DNA of 64,000 nt, taken from positions 92,236 through 156,235 of the forward strand of contig DBTA01000037.1 of assembly GCA_002306815.1 (NCBI GenBank). Reading direction: 5' to 3'. Shown piece by piece: positions 41,742-51,908 of the stretch (its first letter is position 1; every line of letters starts with the position of its first letter). The DNA is from Dehalococcoidia bacterium UBA1328 (GTDB lineage Bacteria; Chloroflexota; Dehalococcoidia; Lucifugimonadales; Lucifugimonadaceae). Under the pieces are notes generated by a model. It saw nothing but the letters and a program-made list of their open reading frames with translations, ran no database searches and was not told the origin of the DNA. A program made the translations under genes and the position numbers.

Positions 41742-42884
41742 CTATTGATCGATCACCGATCCATCTTCGTGGAGCCGTGTGACTACTTCTCGAGGGTTTT
41801 CCGGGCAGTTTTCGATAGCGTCCGGTTTTAGCTCTAGGCCGATCCCGACGGCGTCCGAAATTTTCAGGTAGCCGTTGCCGTCGTGTTCTGCCATTCCGGT
41901 GACCATGTTGGATTTCGGCGGAACGTCCTCGCCAATCGGGTATTCCTGAATAGCAAAGTTTGGTGCGGTTGCAGCAATTTGCAGGCATGCAGCGGTCGAT
42001 ACGGGTGACAGCGGGTTGTGAGGAACGACGCCAACATGACGCGCTTCCGCGAGGGCCGCGATTTTGCGGGCTCCAGAAATTCCTCCAACTAGACAAACGT
42101 CGGGTCGGACGTACTGCACTGCGTTGCGTGACAAAGCCATTTCAAACTCCCAAATCGACGAGAAGCGTTCTCCCGTCGCGATTGGGATATTGATCTTGTC
42201 GGCAACGTAAGCCATTTCGTCGAAGTTATCCGGGGTGACGGGGTCTTCGAAGAAGTAAGGGTGGAACTGCTCGATACCCAGTCCAAGCTGTACTGCTTCG
42301 GTAGGTGTCATTCTGCGGTGAATTTCGATACAGAGGTCGACTCCTGTACCCACCGCGTCGCGGTAACCGCGTACGGTTTCTATAGCATCACCAATCTTGT
42401 CAGCGTGGGTTTTGAAGTAAGGAATATCGCGTTCCTCATCAAGGAACGGTGTTAGATGACCAACCGCAGTGAACCCCTGGTTTTTCGCGTCGACAATGCC
42501 TTTTGTGAGCACTTTAGTCGTGTCGCCGAAAACGTGGTAATACACTCTCGCTTTATCGCGCACCTTACCTCCGAGCAGTTGATGCACAGGCGCATCAAAA
42601 TGCTTACCCATGATGTCCCAGAGGGCAATGTCTATTGCACTTAGCGCACCCATGATCGCTGCGCCTCGGAAGTGTGAGAAGCGGTACATGTACTGCCAGT
42701 GGTGTTCGATCCGAAGCGGATCTTCACCAATCAAGTATCGACCGAATTTTTCTATAGCCGACTGCGATGCTTCTAGAAATCCCCAGGCTCCAGATTCACC
42801 CAGTCCGATGATCCCGGAGTCGGTCTCTATTTGAACAAGCAAATATCGGTCGAGCATCAGTGGTGTGACTTTGGTGATTTTCAT
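41742..42884 (-). CDS. Enolase-superfamily dehydratase (galactonate dehydratase-like)
   Basis: GLGESG, SAIDIALWDI.GK, LLGG.VRD, EIHRR, EDP, TGER, RPD and VPHNPLSP. Confidence 0.9.
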   Translation of the reverse strand: MKITKVTPLMLDRYLLVQIETDSGIIGLGESGAWGFLEASQSAIEKFGRYLIGEDPLRIEHHWQYMYRFSHFRGAAIMGALSAIDIALWDIMGKHFDAPVHQLLGGKVRDKARVYYHVFGDTTKVLTKGIVDAKNQGFTAVGHLTPFLDEERDIPYFKTHADKIGDAIETVRGYRDAVGTGVDLCIEIHRRMTPTEAVQLGLGIEQFHPYFFEDPVTPDNFDEMAYVADKINIPIATGERFSSIWEFEMALSRNAVQYVRPDVCLVGGISGARKIAALAEARHVGVVPHNPLSPVSTAACLQIAATAPNFAIQEYPIGEDVPPKSNMVTGMAEHDGNGYLKISDAVGIGLELKPDAIENCPENPREVVTRLHEDGSVIDQ

Positions 42885-42985
42885 GAGATCGGCTTTTTTG
42901 GAGATCGGCTTGAGTTGGCAATAGCGTGTTTAAGAGACTTGTAAATCACGCCGTCGCCGATACTAAGCCCATGGAAACGTTTTTG

Positions 42986-44206
42986 CTACGCCTGTCGAAG
43001 TTCTTTAGAAAGCAGGACTGCGATGAAGGCGACCGGAGTGCCCAGCATCGCGCTTATGATTAGGGCTTCTTCGTTACCCAGCCATTCAGCGACTGCGCCG
43101 CCAAACAGCCAACCAAGTGGGAAGGTATTAATTGCGAGTACGTATAGGCTCATCACGCGGGCACGCATGTGATCGGCTGCTGATTTCTGGAACATCGTCA
43201 GAACCGAAGTGACCCACGGCATTGCTACCAGACCCATCACGAACAGGATCGTCAATGTAAGCGGTGTCGACCTTGAGAAACCGAACGCAATTTGACCCGA
43301 ATCCCAAATGGCTCCCATAGAGATCATCATGTATGCGTGACGGTGATGAATGCCGTACAGAGAAACAGCGATAGCGCCAATAAGCATGCCTCCGCCGAAG
43401 ACTCCACCCATTATCCCGAATCCTCCAGCACCGATTTTCAGTACATCGTTGGCGTAAATGGGCATTAGTGCAAAGATCGCCACGCCGAACAAGTTTTGGA
43501 GGACTACTAACAGAGTTAGCCATAGAAGCGGAGGAGTGTTTCGTGCGTACCGCAGCCCGGTTTTAATTTGGTCTAGGAACGACTGCGCAGGTTCGTAGGC
43601 TGCCTGAGCAGTTCTTTCCGGTTCTCTAACCCTTAAAAGAAGCATGAGTCCGAACACGTTGCCGGCGACCACCAGCCAGAAAACGGTGTCTGCACCAGAG
43701 GCGGCAATAACGAAACCGACGATCAGCGGACCGATCATTTCACCCGTGGTTTGGGCGACTGACAGAATGCCGTTCGCGTTGCTTAGACGGTCGGATCGAA
43801 CGATGTCGGCAATTAGTGCAAAGAAGGCTGGACCGTAAAGAGCTCCGCCAATTCCGCCAATTACCGAAACAGCGATCATGTGCCACGGTTCGAGCAGTTC
43901 GGAAGAAATCAGAATGGCTGTGACTGCGGACGCGGCTGCAATAAGTGCACCTGCGCCAATCATCAGGTTTATCCTACCGAATCGGTCTGAAATTACTCCG
44001 CCGATCAGCGCTAATGCGAGGATCGGAATTGCCCGTACTCCAGCGATCAGGCCGACCCACAGTTGCGAGTGTGTAAGTTCGAAGATCACCCACGAATTGG
44101 CTGTGCCGCGCATGAACACGCCAAGATCGAAAATTGCCTGGCTAACGATCAGGGCGCGGAACTGGGCATTGGACAAAACCTCCGCAAATTTTGGTCGAAC
44201 ACGCAT
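42986..44206 (-). CDS. MFS transporter (EntS/DUF894-like)
   Basis: About 12 TM helices, GG..SDRFGR motif A and MRARVMSLY. Confidence 0.9.
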   Translation of the reverse strand: MRVRPKFAEVLSNAQFRALIVSQAIFDLGVFMRGTANSWVIFELTHSQLWVGLIAGVRAIPILALALIGGVISDRFGRINLMIGAGALIAAASAVTAILISSELLEPWHMIAVSVIGGIGGALYGPAFFALIADIVRSDRLSNANGILSVAQTTGEMIGPLIVGFVIAASGADTVFWLVVAGNVFGLMLLLRVREPERTAQAAYEPAQSFLDQIKTGLRYARNTPPLLWLTLLVVLQNLFGVAIFALMPIYANDVLKIGAGGFGIMGGVFGGGMLIGAIAVSLYGIHHRHAYMMISMGAIWDSGQIAFGFSRSTPLTLTILFVMGLVAMPWVTSVLTMFQKSAADHMRARVMSLYVLAINTFPLGWLFGGAVAEWLGNEEALIISAMLGTPVAFIAVLLSKELRQA

Positions 44207-45046
44207 TTACTTAGTGGCTGCGATTAGATTTTCGAGAACGATGGCTACGCCATGATCGTCGTTGGATTCTGTTTCGTATGTTGCGATCGATTTGATTTCG
44301 GGAATTGCGTTTGCAACTGCCACCGACCACCCGCAATCACGGATCAGTTCAATATCGACGTAGTCATCTCCGAACGAAAGTACGTCTCTTAAAGGGATGT
44401 TCGAAGAACTCAGAAGATGGGCAACGGCTCCGGATTTGCTCGCTGCAGAAGGTACAACATTTAGGAATTGAACCCGACCGGCTCGGAACACTTCGGTGTT
44501 TTTAGATAACCTAGATTCGAGTGTTTGCGCCAGTTCTTCCAGGTTGGAATCCATCCCATTCACCGAAATTTTTACCGGTTCGAACGTCATTGCTTCTTCA
44601 AATGAAACAATCATTGTGGGTGTGGCGGAGTTGAAAGCCCATAGTTCATCTATCTCATCGTCGTGATTTACAGCAAAGCGGGTGCCATCGATTTCAAGCG
44701 TCATCCTGGGTTCGGGATTCATTTCCGAAACCAGAGACCAACACATGCGTGCATCATCGAGATTTATGGTGATTCGGAGGTTGCCCGTGAGTTCGGCGCG
44801 TCCGGTGGCAATAGTTCCGTTCATTTGAACAAGTGACGTGATTTCGAGAATGTCGTTGCCAACGAGAGTTTGAAGTACTCGTTCCGGGCGCGACGTAGCA
44901 ATGATGATCGGATAACCGGAATTGTGGACAGCATGAATAGCAGCACGAGTGCGTTCGTCCAGTCGAGAGTTCGAGTTGAGCGCTGTCTCGTCGAGATCCA
45001 TGGCGACTGCTTTTGGCAATCGAGTTGTGAAATCGGGCAGTTTCAG
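44207..45046 (-). CDS. Cof-type HAD phosphatase
   Basis: DLDET, IATSRP, K..A and FGD...DI. The true start is probably near 45046 (CTG with GAGG SD), after the upstream MFS stop. Confidence 0.85.
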   Translation of the reverse strand: MKLPDFTTRLPKAVAMDLDETALNSNSRLDERTRAAIHAVHNSGYPIIIATSRPERVLQTLVGNDILEITSLVQMNGTIATGRAELTGNLRITINLDDARMCWSLVSEMNPEPRMTLEIDGTRFAVNHDDEIDELWAFNSATPTMIVSFEEAMTFEPVKISVNGMDSNLEELAQTLESRLSKNTEVFRAGRVQFLNVVPSAASKSGAVAHLLSSSNIPLRDVLSFGDDYVDIELIRDCGWSVAVANAIPEIKSIATYETESNDDHGVAIVLENLIAATK

Positions 45047-45051
45047 GTCTA

Positions 45052-46332
45052 TTAAACCTCTTCTGTTTCTGTTGGACGTAATTGTGCACCGAGTAACGCT
45101 GGCCATTTCAAGGTAGCGGCTAACGTCGCAATGAAACCCAACCCGCCGAGCGTGGCAATCATTGCTGCCGAACCTGATTCTTCAGCAATCCAACCACCAA
45201 GTAGAAGTCCCAATGGCAGTCCGTATATTCCGAGCGATCGGATTCCCATCACGCGCCCTCGAGTCTCGGTAGTTGTGGCTCGGAGTAGTCCGGCCACCAT
45301 GGCGACGAACGTGGTTCCGCCACTGAATCCCCAGATGAACAGCATTAAAGCGAACAACCACAGAGGTGGTGTCAGCGCCAGTAGCAGCATGATGAAGTGC
45401 CAGATCGTAGATCCAATGATCATTATTCGTGTTGGATTCGCTAAGTTTTTTCTGATGCCGATATATGTTGCGCCGGAAAGCGCTCCGAGGGATGCAACTG
45501 CAGCGAGGCGCCCGATACCCGTTCCACCAAGCTCGTATAACTCATCACAGACAACCGTCATTAATCCGTTGACGACAGGGAATGCTGAGAACTCGATCAG
45601 AAAGGAGAAGAAAATCAGACCAGGAAGGAACTTGCTCTTACGAACGTAGCTGAGACCTTCTAAAAGACCGGACTTGATGCTCGCGTTTCTAACTTTCGAA
45701 GCCGTTGTCCGAGTCTCCACTTTGAGCGCAGCGACTGTCGCGAACAGGTATAGGACGGTGATCGAAATGTAGGCGACGTCGAGTCCGAGAAGTTCGAATA
45801 TCGTTCCGCCCGCTAGCGCGCCGACAACCCGTGCTCCATCTAGCGTGGATCGAGAAAGACCAATGGCGCCGTGAAGAGAGTTGGCGGGTACTGCATCGGC
45901 GGTGAGTGCTTGAACCAGTACCAGGTCGAGCATCCGCACCATGCTCCCGGCGGTAACAATCAAGTAAGCGTGCCAGAACTGAAGAGTGTCGTTAATTATC
46001 AATGTAGTCAGAATTGAAGCGAGCACGACACCAAAAATGCGCACAGACACCTGAAGCCTTTTTCGGTCGAATCTATCGACCATCAAACCGTATAGCGGTC
46101 CCAAAAGCGTTCCGGCGAATTTTAGAGCGCCAATTAGACCGACCAGCAAAGGAGAGTTGGTGTCGCGCAGCACGAACATCGCAAGAACAATGATCTCCAT
46201 TTCGATCGCCCAGAGACTGAGGGCCTCTGAAGACCAGACGAATCGATAATTGCCAAACCGTAATACCCAGAACGGATTCAGTCCTGAGGTATTCGATTCG
46301 CTGGGGGGCTGTTTTGCCGTTGACTCGACCAT
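45052..46332 (-). CDS. MFS transporter
   Basis: About 12 TM helices, G..VDRFDRK and RGRVMG. Confidence 0.9.
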   Translation of the reverse strand: MVESTAKQPPSESNTSGLNPFWVLRFGNYRFVWSSEALSLWAIEMEIIVLAMFVLRDTNSPLLVGLIGALKFAGTLLGPLYGLMVDRFDRKRLQVSVRIFGVVLASILTTLIINDTLQFWHAYLIVTAGSMVRMLDLVLVQALTADAVPANSLHGAIGLSRSTLDGARVVGALAGGTIFELLGLDVAYISITVLYLFATVAALKVETRTTASKVRNASIKSGLLEGLSYVRKSKFLPGLIFFSFLIEFSAFPVVNGLMTVVCDELYELGGTGIGRLAAVASLGALSGATYIGIRKNLANPTRIMIIGSTIWHFIMLLLALTPPLWLFALMLFIWGFSGGTTFVAMVAGLLRATTTETRGRVMGIRSLGIYGLPLGLLLGGWIAEESGSAAMIATLGGLGFIATLAATLKWPALLGAQLRPTETEEV

Positions 46333-46383
46333 CGTTTGTGAGGCGATTGTGTCACGTCGGCGCGCTCTGGTGAAAGGTTCGCT

Positions 46384-47637
46384 CTAGCGCGCTCGTCGCA
46401 GGGCGGGGGTCGATATCAATGCTGTTCCTGAAATCAACAGTCCGCCAGCAATACCAATGAAAAGCGTTGGTTGGATTCCGATTGTTTCGATTCCGACTCC
46501 ACCGATGATCCAACCCAACTGGTGGGTGAGAACCACCATGAAGTAGAGGCTCATCACTCGACCCCGCATGTTTTCCGATGCCGTGGTTTGAAGCAACACT
46601 GGAACCGAAATCATCCATCCCGAGAATGCCAAGCCCATAGAAACCATTGCCAATCCGGTAATCCATACGTTCGGAGCGACTGCAAAAAGGAGAACCGAGC
46701 CGTTGAACATCGCCATAGCGAAAATCAGCAAATAGCCTTTCCGCACTCGTTTGCTAACAAGGAACAGAACCAAAGAACCGATAAGTGCTCCTACTCCATT
46801 GAGTCCGAGTATTACCCCGTAGCCAAATTCTCCTAATCCGAGTTCGTCTTTCACCTTTACAGGAATAGCTGGTTGATACGTCCCCATGAACAGCGCGCTA
46901 AAACCGATGATCAACAAAGCTCGGATTATGGGCGTTCTATACGAGTACGCGATACCTTCCTTAATATCATCGAACATATTTCGGCCACTAGGAACGGAGG
47001 CATGACGAGTGCGGACGAACATGATCATTACGGCAGAAAAGCCGTACAGCGCGGCGAGTACGTAAAACGCCATATCTTGTCCGATCAGAAGCAGTATTCC
47101 TCCAAGGCTCGGACCGGCTATTGTTGCCGTCATCGAGATTCCGGTGTTCAAACTCGATGCTGAGATCAGTCGTTCCCGACCGACGATGTCAACTGCAAAT
47201 GCCTGACTGGTGGGGTTGTGAAGAGCAAACATTGCTCCCGTAACGAGAGAAATCGGGATCAAATTCCACCACTCGAAGACATCTGTGGTAAGCAGAACGG
47301 CGGTAAGGAACGCCATCGAAGTGATGATTAGCTTCGTGCGCCAGAGCAATTGCCATCGCTCAGTTCGGTCTGCGAGTGCACCTCCTATTAATGAGATTGA
47401 AATAATCGCGATACCTGGCATTGCATTTACGATGCCCATAAGTAACGCTGAGTCGGTACGTTCCAGAACTATCCAAGCTTGCGCCATGTTGCGGATCTGG
47501 TAACCGGCGAACGTCGCAAGGTTCGACAGCACGAGCAGCCGATAATCTGGAATACCAAGAACACTGAACACACCGTTCTTATTCAACGATGGAGCGGATG
47601 GTTCTTGATTTTGAGGGCTCTTTGAGCTCGACTGCAT
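46384..47637 (-). CDS. MFS transporter
   Basis: About 12 TM helices, GGALADR.ER and MRGRVMSLY. Confidence 0.9.
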   Translation of the reverse strand: MQSSSKSPQNQEPSAPSLNKNGVFSVLGIPDYRLLVLSNLATFAGYQIRNMAQAWIVLERTDSALLMGIVNAMPGIAIISISLIGGALADRTERWQLLWRTKLIITSMAFLTAVLLTTDVFEWWNLIPISLVTGAMFALHNPTSQAFAVDIVGRERLISASSLNTGISMTATIAGPSLGGILLLIGQDMAFYVLAALYGFSAVMIMFVRTRHASVPSGRNMFDDIKEGIAYSYRTPIIRALLIIGFSALFMGTYQPAIPVKVKDELGLGEFGYGVILGLNGVGALIGSLVLFLVSKRVRKGYLLIFAMAMFNGSVLLFAVAPNVWITGLAMVSMGLAFSGWMISVPVLLQTTASENMRGRVMSLYFMVVLTHQLGWIIGGVGIETIGIQPTLFIGIAGGLLISGTALISTPALRRAR

Positions 47638-47694
47638 GGTTCTATCGTTTACCAGAGTCGAATTCTTATAGAGTCTGATGGTGTAATCAAGTAC

Positions 47695-48885
47695 TTAGTG
47701 ATTCACGATGAACGGTTCGAGCAGTCTTTCGTTAATTTCAACACCGATTCCTGGACGATCGGGAAGGTTAAATCCCCCATCGGCGTACTTCCACGCAGTG
47801 TCTGAGGCTTCTTCCAGTCGATCTGAAAGTCCACCCTGGAATTCCTGCAGGTATTCGGGTGACGCTACCGCCGCGCACTGGAGAGTTGCTGCCTGGAATA
47901 CCGACACTCCGCTCCCCATATGAGGTGTGGTTTTTATTCCGGCATCGGCAGCGATACCCATTTGCACCATGTAGTCGGTAAACCCGGTTCGACCAATGTC
48001 GGGTTGATAAACATCGAGTGCCCGAGGCTCCTGAACCCACTGTTCCATCTGGTATCGAGATCGGAAGTGTTCGCCCAGAGCAATATCTGCTCCCGGTCTT
48101 TTCACTAACTCCTGGTGTCCGACAAGATCTTCGGGCTGAAGCGGACACTCAAAGAAACGAACGTCACGTTTTCCATATTCAATCTTCCCTAGTTCTGCAG
48201 ATTCGTGTGAGCACATCCACAAGGTATCGACCATCCACTGTTCGAGTTCTGGTGCACCTGCCTGGAGCCCGTCGAGTTCAGCGATACCACTGTCTACGTC
48301 ACCCGTGAGAAATATTTTTGCTCCGCGCAGACCGGTATCGATCCACTTATTAACGTGGTCGACCCTCTCTTCTAACGTCGAACGTCGAACTCCGGAGAGA
48401 TAAACGTCGAACTTTGGTCGAGGATTCTGGTCGAGCATGGCGGCAACGGGTGTTTGCTCTCGTTTGCCAATGGCGTCCCATACTGCAATATCTATTGCTG
48501 CCAGAGCATCGAGCCAGTACCCGGACGAGTAGCCCCTACCTCTTTGAATGTCGTAAAGAAAATCCCAGAGCGCCCCGGGGTTTTCGAAATCTTGACCTTC
48601 GATCATTTGCCCGAGAATGTCGTTCACGATGAGAGTCACAACCTCGGGACCGATTCCGGTATTTGCCTCACCCCAGCCAACTGTTCCATCGCTGAGAGTC
48701 ACCTTCACAAGAGGAGTTTCCACGTAGCGAGCGTAAACGGTTTGCCACCCTTGTTTGAACTCGAATCTTTCGGTTACCCGGTCACCTTCGTTAGCGCGAT
48801 ACGACTCCCAGTAAGAAGCCGTATTCTTGAATGCGAGGTGTACGGATTCAATCGTCTTGATGTTGAAGCTGGTGTTGGTCGTCAT
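47695..48885 (-). CDS. Enolase-superfamily (mandelate racemase/muconate lactonizing) enzyme
   Basis: G.VGWGEA, AAIDIAVWDAIGK, metal ligands VD/ECP/GEH, QPD, PH and PDRPG.G. ATG 48885 preferred. Confidence 0.88.
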   Translation of the reverse strand: MTTNTSFNIKTIESVHLAFKNTASYWESYRANEGDRVTERFEFKQGWQTVYARYVETPLVKVTLSDGTVGWGEANTGIGPEVVTLIVNDILGQMIEGQDFENPGALWDFLYDIQRGRGYSSGYWLDALAAIDIAVWDAIGKREQTPVAAMLDQNPRPKFDVYLSGVRRSTLEERVDHVNKWIDTGLRGAKIFLTGDVDSGIAELDGLQAGAPELEQWMVDTLWMCSHESAELGKIEYGKRDVRFFECPLQPEDLVGHQELVKRPGADIALGEHFRSRYQMEQWVQEPRALDVYQPDIGRTGFTDYMVQMGIAADAGIKTTPHMGSGVSVFQAATLQCAAVASPEYLQEFQGGLSDRLEEASDTAWKYADGGFNLPDRPGIGVEINERLLEPFIVNH

Positions 48886-49217
48886 GTTTGAAGCTGGCGT
48901 AGATCGCTCTCGGGAGAGTTTGATAATGCTGTATTTCGGGCTGCTAAATATTGGGATCGTAACGCGTTTGCAGCATCGAAAGTTTACTTGCGATGCTGCA
49001 AACGCGTATGTAGATAGTAGAAATGGCAAATGCGAATGGCTTTACCGTGAACCGTGTTTATTTACTTTCGGTTATTCGTAAGCGAACGTTGACTTTGGGG
49101 AGTTTTCCCACGTATATTGCGCGAGGATTTCGTGCAAAATTTCTTGTTATTTGATGAGAAAAAGAGCACTGATGTGAGGCGAAAGTTAAGCCGTCGTATA
49201 ATTGTCAGATATCAGGC

Positions 49218-50582
49218 TTATTCGTTTTTGATATTCAGGCGTACCACGACAAGTCCTGCCGTGAGTGCTATTGCAGCAGCGACGAAATAGACGAACTGGT
49301 ACGCCTCAGCAAACGATAGTTCTGCTCGGGTTTGTTGCCAGTTGACGAGTGATGTCATCACAGCAATAGACAATACTGTCCCGACAGTTTGTGAGACGGT
49401 GAGCGCTGCCGATGTAGATCCCGCGTGCTCACTCGGCGTATCGCGAAGGGTAAGTGTGTACACAGCCGCTTGGTGGATTCCGAAACCGAGCCCGAGAACC
49501 GCGGTAGAGATCACGACATAAGACATGGTGGGAGTTACTCCAGCAGATCCGACCAATGCCAATCCAATAGCTGTGATTACAGTTCCGGCGAATGTGACTT
49601 TTCGATCGCCTAGTCGATCAGCGAGCCAGCCTGCCATCCCCGATCCCGCAAAGTTCATTGCTGCCATCAAGGCAAGCAAAGCACCCAGCGTGAATCCACT
49701 GCGTCCCATCACGTCAGAAACGTAAAACGGGAACAAGAACCACATAACGAATGAGGCGACTGTTAGAAGCAAGTTAGAGGTGGCACCGACTTTGAAGCCA
49801 AGAAACTGCGTCAGGCCGTTGGGTAGTATCGTAAATCGACCAGTCTTTTTGCCTCGACTGAATACCAAAAGCAAAACGAACGTCGTCACATAAAGTACGA
49901 CCGGTAACGGGGCTATCCATCCGTGCACTCGTGCGAACGACAGTCCGGTGACCAATACAAATAGCATTGAGAAAAGGGTCAGCGAACCTATGAGATCGAA
50001 TCGGTGCCTTAGCCTGCCGGTAACTGAAGACGCAAGAGGGCCTCTGAGCCAGGTGATTAGTACGATCAACAGTGCTGCACCAATCGGGATCCTTGCCCAG
50101 AAGATCGCTGGCCAGCCGATTTCTTGACCGAGCAAACCTCCGCCAAGAGTGCCAGCGAACGTTCCAAGTCCCATCGCTCCAAGTGTGACGCCTAGAGCCG
50201 CACCTCTCCGTTGGGGGCCGAACGCTCTGGCAACCAGTGCGGGGGCGAGAGTGAACAAGATGGCGACCCCGATGCCTTGAGGTATGCGGAGAGCCACGAT
50301 TGGCGTCAGGGAGTCCTGCAGTGATATCAGTCCGACAGAAGCCGTGTAGACAACGATTCCTGCTGCCAATGGCCACTTGATACCGAACCGATCGGCAATA
50401 CCGCCGGCTACGAATCCAGTGCCGCTCCTGGCACCGTGGTACATGATGATGATTAATTGAACGCTGACTAGAGTTTCGTTAAGGTCCGCGCGAAAACGCG
50501 GCAGATTGACGTTGATAGAAAAATCGAGTGCGCCGAGAAAGAGTGCTCCACTCCCAACAACGATCGCCACTACTTGAGCCAA
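49218..50582 (-). CDS. MFS transporter (DHA2/EmrB-like, 14 TM)
   Basis: LD.SI.V.LP, GG.ADRFG.K, R..QG.G, GW..IF and FD..G. Confidence 0.88.
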   Translation of the reverse strand: MAQVVAIVVGSGALFLGALDFSINVNLPRFRADLNETLVSVQLIIIMYHGARSGTGFVAGGIADRFGIKWPLAAGIVVYTASVGLISLQDSLTPIVALRIPQGIGVAILFTLAPALVARAFGPQRRGAALGVTLGAMGLGTFAGTLGGGLLGQEIGWPAIFWARIPIGAALLIVLITWLRGPLASSVTGRLRHRFDLIGSLTLFSMLFVLVTGLSFARVHGWIAPLPVVLYVTTFVLLLVFSRGKKTGRFTILPNGLTQFLGFKVGATSNLLLTVASFVMWFLFPFYVSDVMGRSGFTLGALLALMAAMNFAGSGMAGWLADRLGDRKVTFAGTVITAIGLALVGSAGVTPTMSYVVISTAVLGLGFGIHQAAVYTLTLRDTPSEHAGSTSAALTVSQTVGTVLSIAVMTSLVNWQQTRAELSFAEAYQFVYFVAAAIALTAGLVVVRLNIKNE

Positions 50583-50682
50583 TCTGGTTACGCCTAGATT
50601 CTGTGTTGCTCCACCGGCGTCGGTAGCAGAAATATCGGTTCGTTCAGCGCTTGAGATAACTAGTTCCCGTCGGTTTTATGGG

Positions 50683-51732
50683 TCAGTCGAGAGGAAGTTC
50701 GGTGACAATGCCTGCGTACTCTTCGCTTATGTAAAGAGTTGTCTCGGTGGCAAGAATTCCGGTCGGTGAAACTGCGCTGCTGGCGATTACAGTTGTCGTG
50801 CCGTTTTCCCATTTCAATACTCGACCGGGATGAGCCACGGAATTCACGCTGTAATCCCCGCCTGAGAAGACATCCTTCGTGTTGGTGGAGAATTCGGCGA
50901 CATACATCGTTCCGTCAGGTCCAAAGGTGATGTCGGTGATGGTTGTAAATCCAGTGGCATACAACTCAGTTTCGCCTTCATCCATAGCGTCGCCGTCGTT
51001 GTTGAGGTCTTCGACTCGCCAAACCGCTGCCTCGCCATTTGGGTATGGGAAGCCGGTAAGGAATCCGACGTAAACCGCGTTGTCAGGACCACGGCTAATG
51101 CCTGTAGGAACCATCTCGATTGGCACTTCGTGATTTGGTATTGAGAAGTTCTCGAACACCACGTAGTCATGGATGTTCCCATCGATATCCACCTTCACTA
51201 GCGAATTGCCGCCTGGGTCAGAGATGATCCATCCATTTACTTCTGGCGCATCGACAATGTCGTACGGGTTCGAGAATCGATTTCTTAGCGAAGCTTGCGG
51301 GTCGGTAGCTGGTGTGACTGGTTCGAACTCAGATTCGCCTCCGAGTCGGAACATGCGCGCCGAGTGGCTTCCTCGAAATTCGCCTACGATGAAATATATA
51401 TCGTCGTTTAGAAGACTAATGGCGGAAGGTCCCGCTCGGTACGCTGCATCGGGTCCGGTGTTAAGGGAGTGGGGTAGTCGCTTTTCAGTAAGTGAACGGG
51501 ATGTGCGATCTTGCGCTACCTCAATCAGGCGACCTCCACCTGTCTCCGCTACCAGCAATCTTCCGTCATCCGTTATTACGAGACCGCGAGGAGACGTCAG
51601 ACCATCAACCACTATCGTTCGTTCGTTATGAGCAGAATCAGCAACGGCAAACTGGCCGTCTCCACTGGAGTCATTGCCACAGCCAATAATTACGATTATC
51701 AGTAGCAGCGAGGTCACGCGATTGAGATTCAT
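50683..51732 (-). CDS. ScyD/ScyE-like beta-propeller lipoprotein
   Basis: Lipobox IIGC, GL.SPRG...DG.L.VAE.G, SNPY, GGN.L, VPTG...GPD...YVG.LTGFP and DITFGPDG..YV.E. Confidence 0.8.
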   Translation of the reverse strand: MNLNRVTSLLLIIVIIGCGNDSSGDGQFAVADSAHNERTIVVDGLTSPRGLVITDDGRLLVAETGGGRLIEVAQDRTSRSLTEKRLPHSLNTGPDAAYRAGPSAISLLNDDIYFIVGEFRGSHSARMFRLGGESEFEPVTPATDPQASLRNRFSNPYDIVDAPEVNGWIISDPGGNSLVKVDIDGNIHDYVVFENFSIPNHEVPIEMVPTGISRGPDNAVYVGFLTGFPYPNGEAAVWRVEDLNNDGDAMDEGETELYATGFTTITDITFGPDGTMYVAEFSTNTKDVFSGGDYSVNSVAHPGRVLKWENGTTTVIASSAVSPTGILATETTLYISEEYAGIVTELPLD

Positions 51733-51908
51733 GACACCTAACATACACGCAGAACACCTAAGCAAGTTGCGTAAGAGATTCGCAATTTGAAACGACCTAA
51801 CCGCATTCCATACCGCATTCCATTGAATTAGGCAGAGATTGAAGTTGTCTGTATATTTTTGCAGGGATTTTTCTAGCCGTACTGAGCCAAAGAATAGGAA
51901 TACGACAA

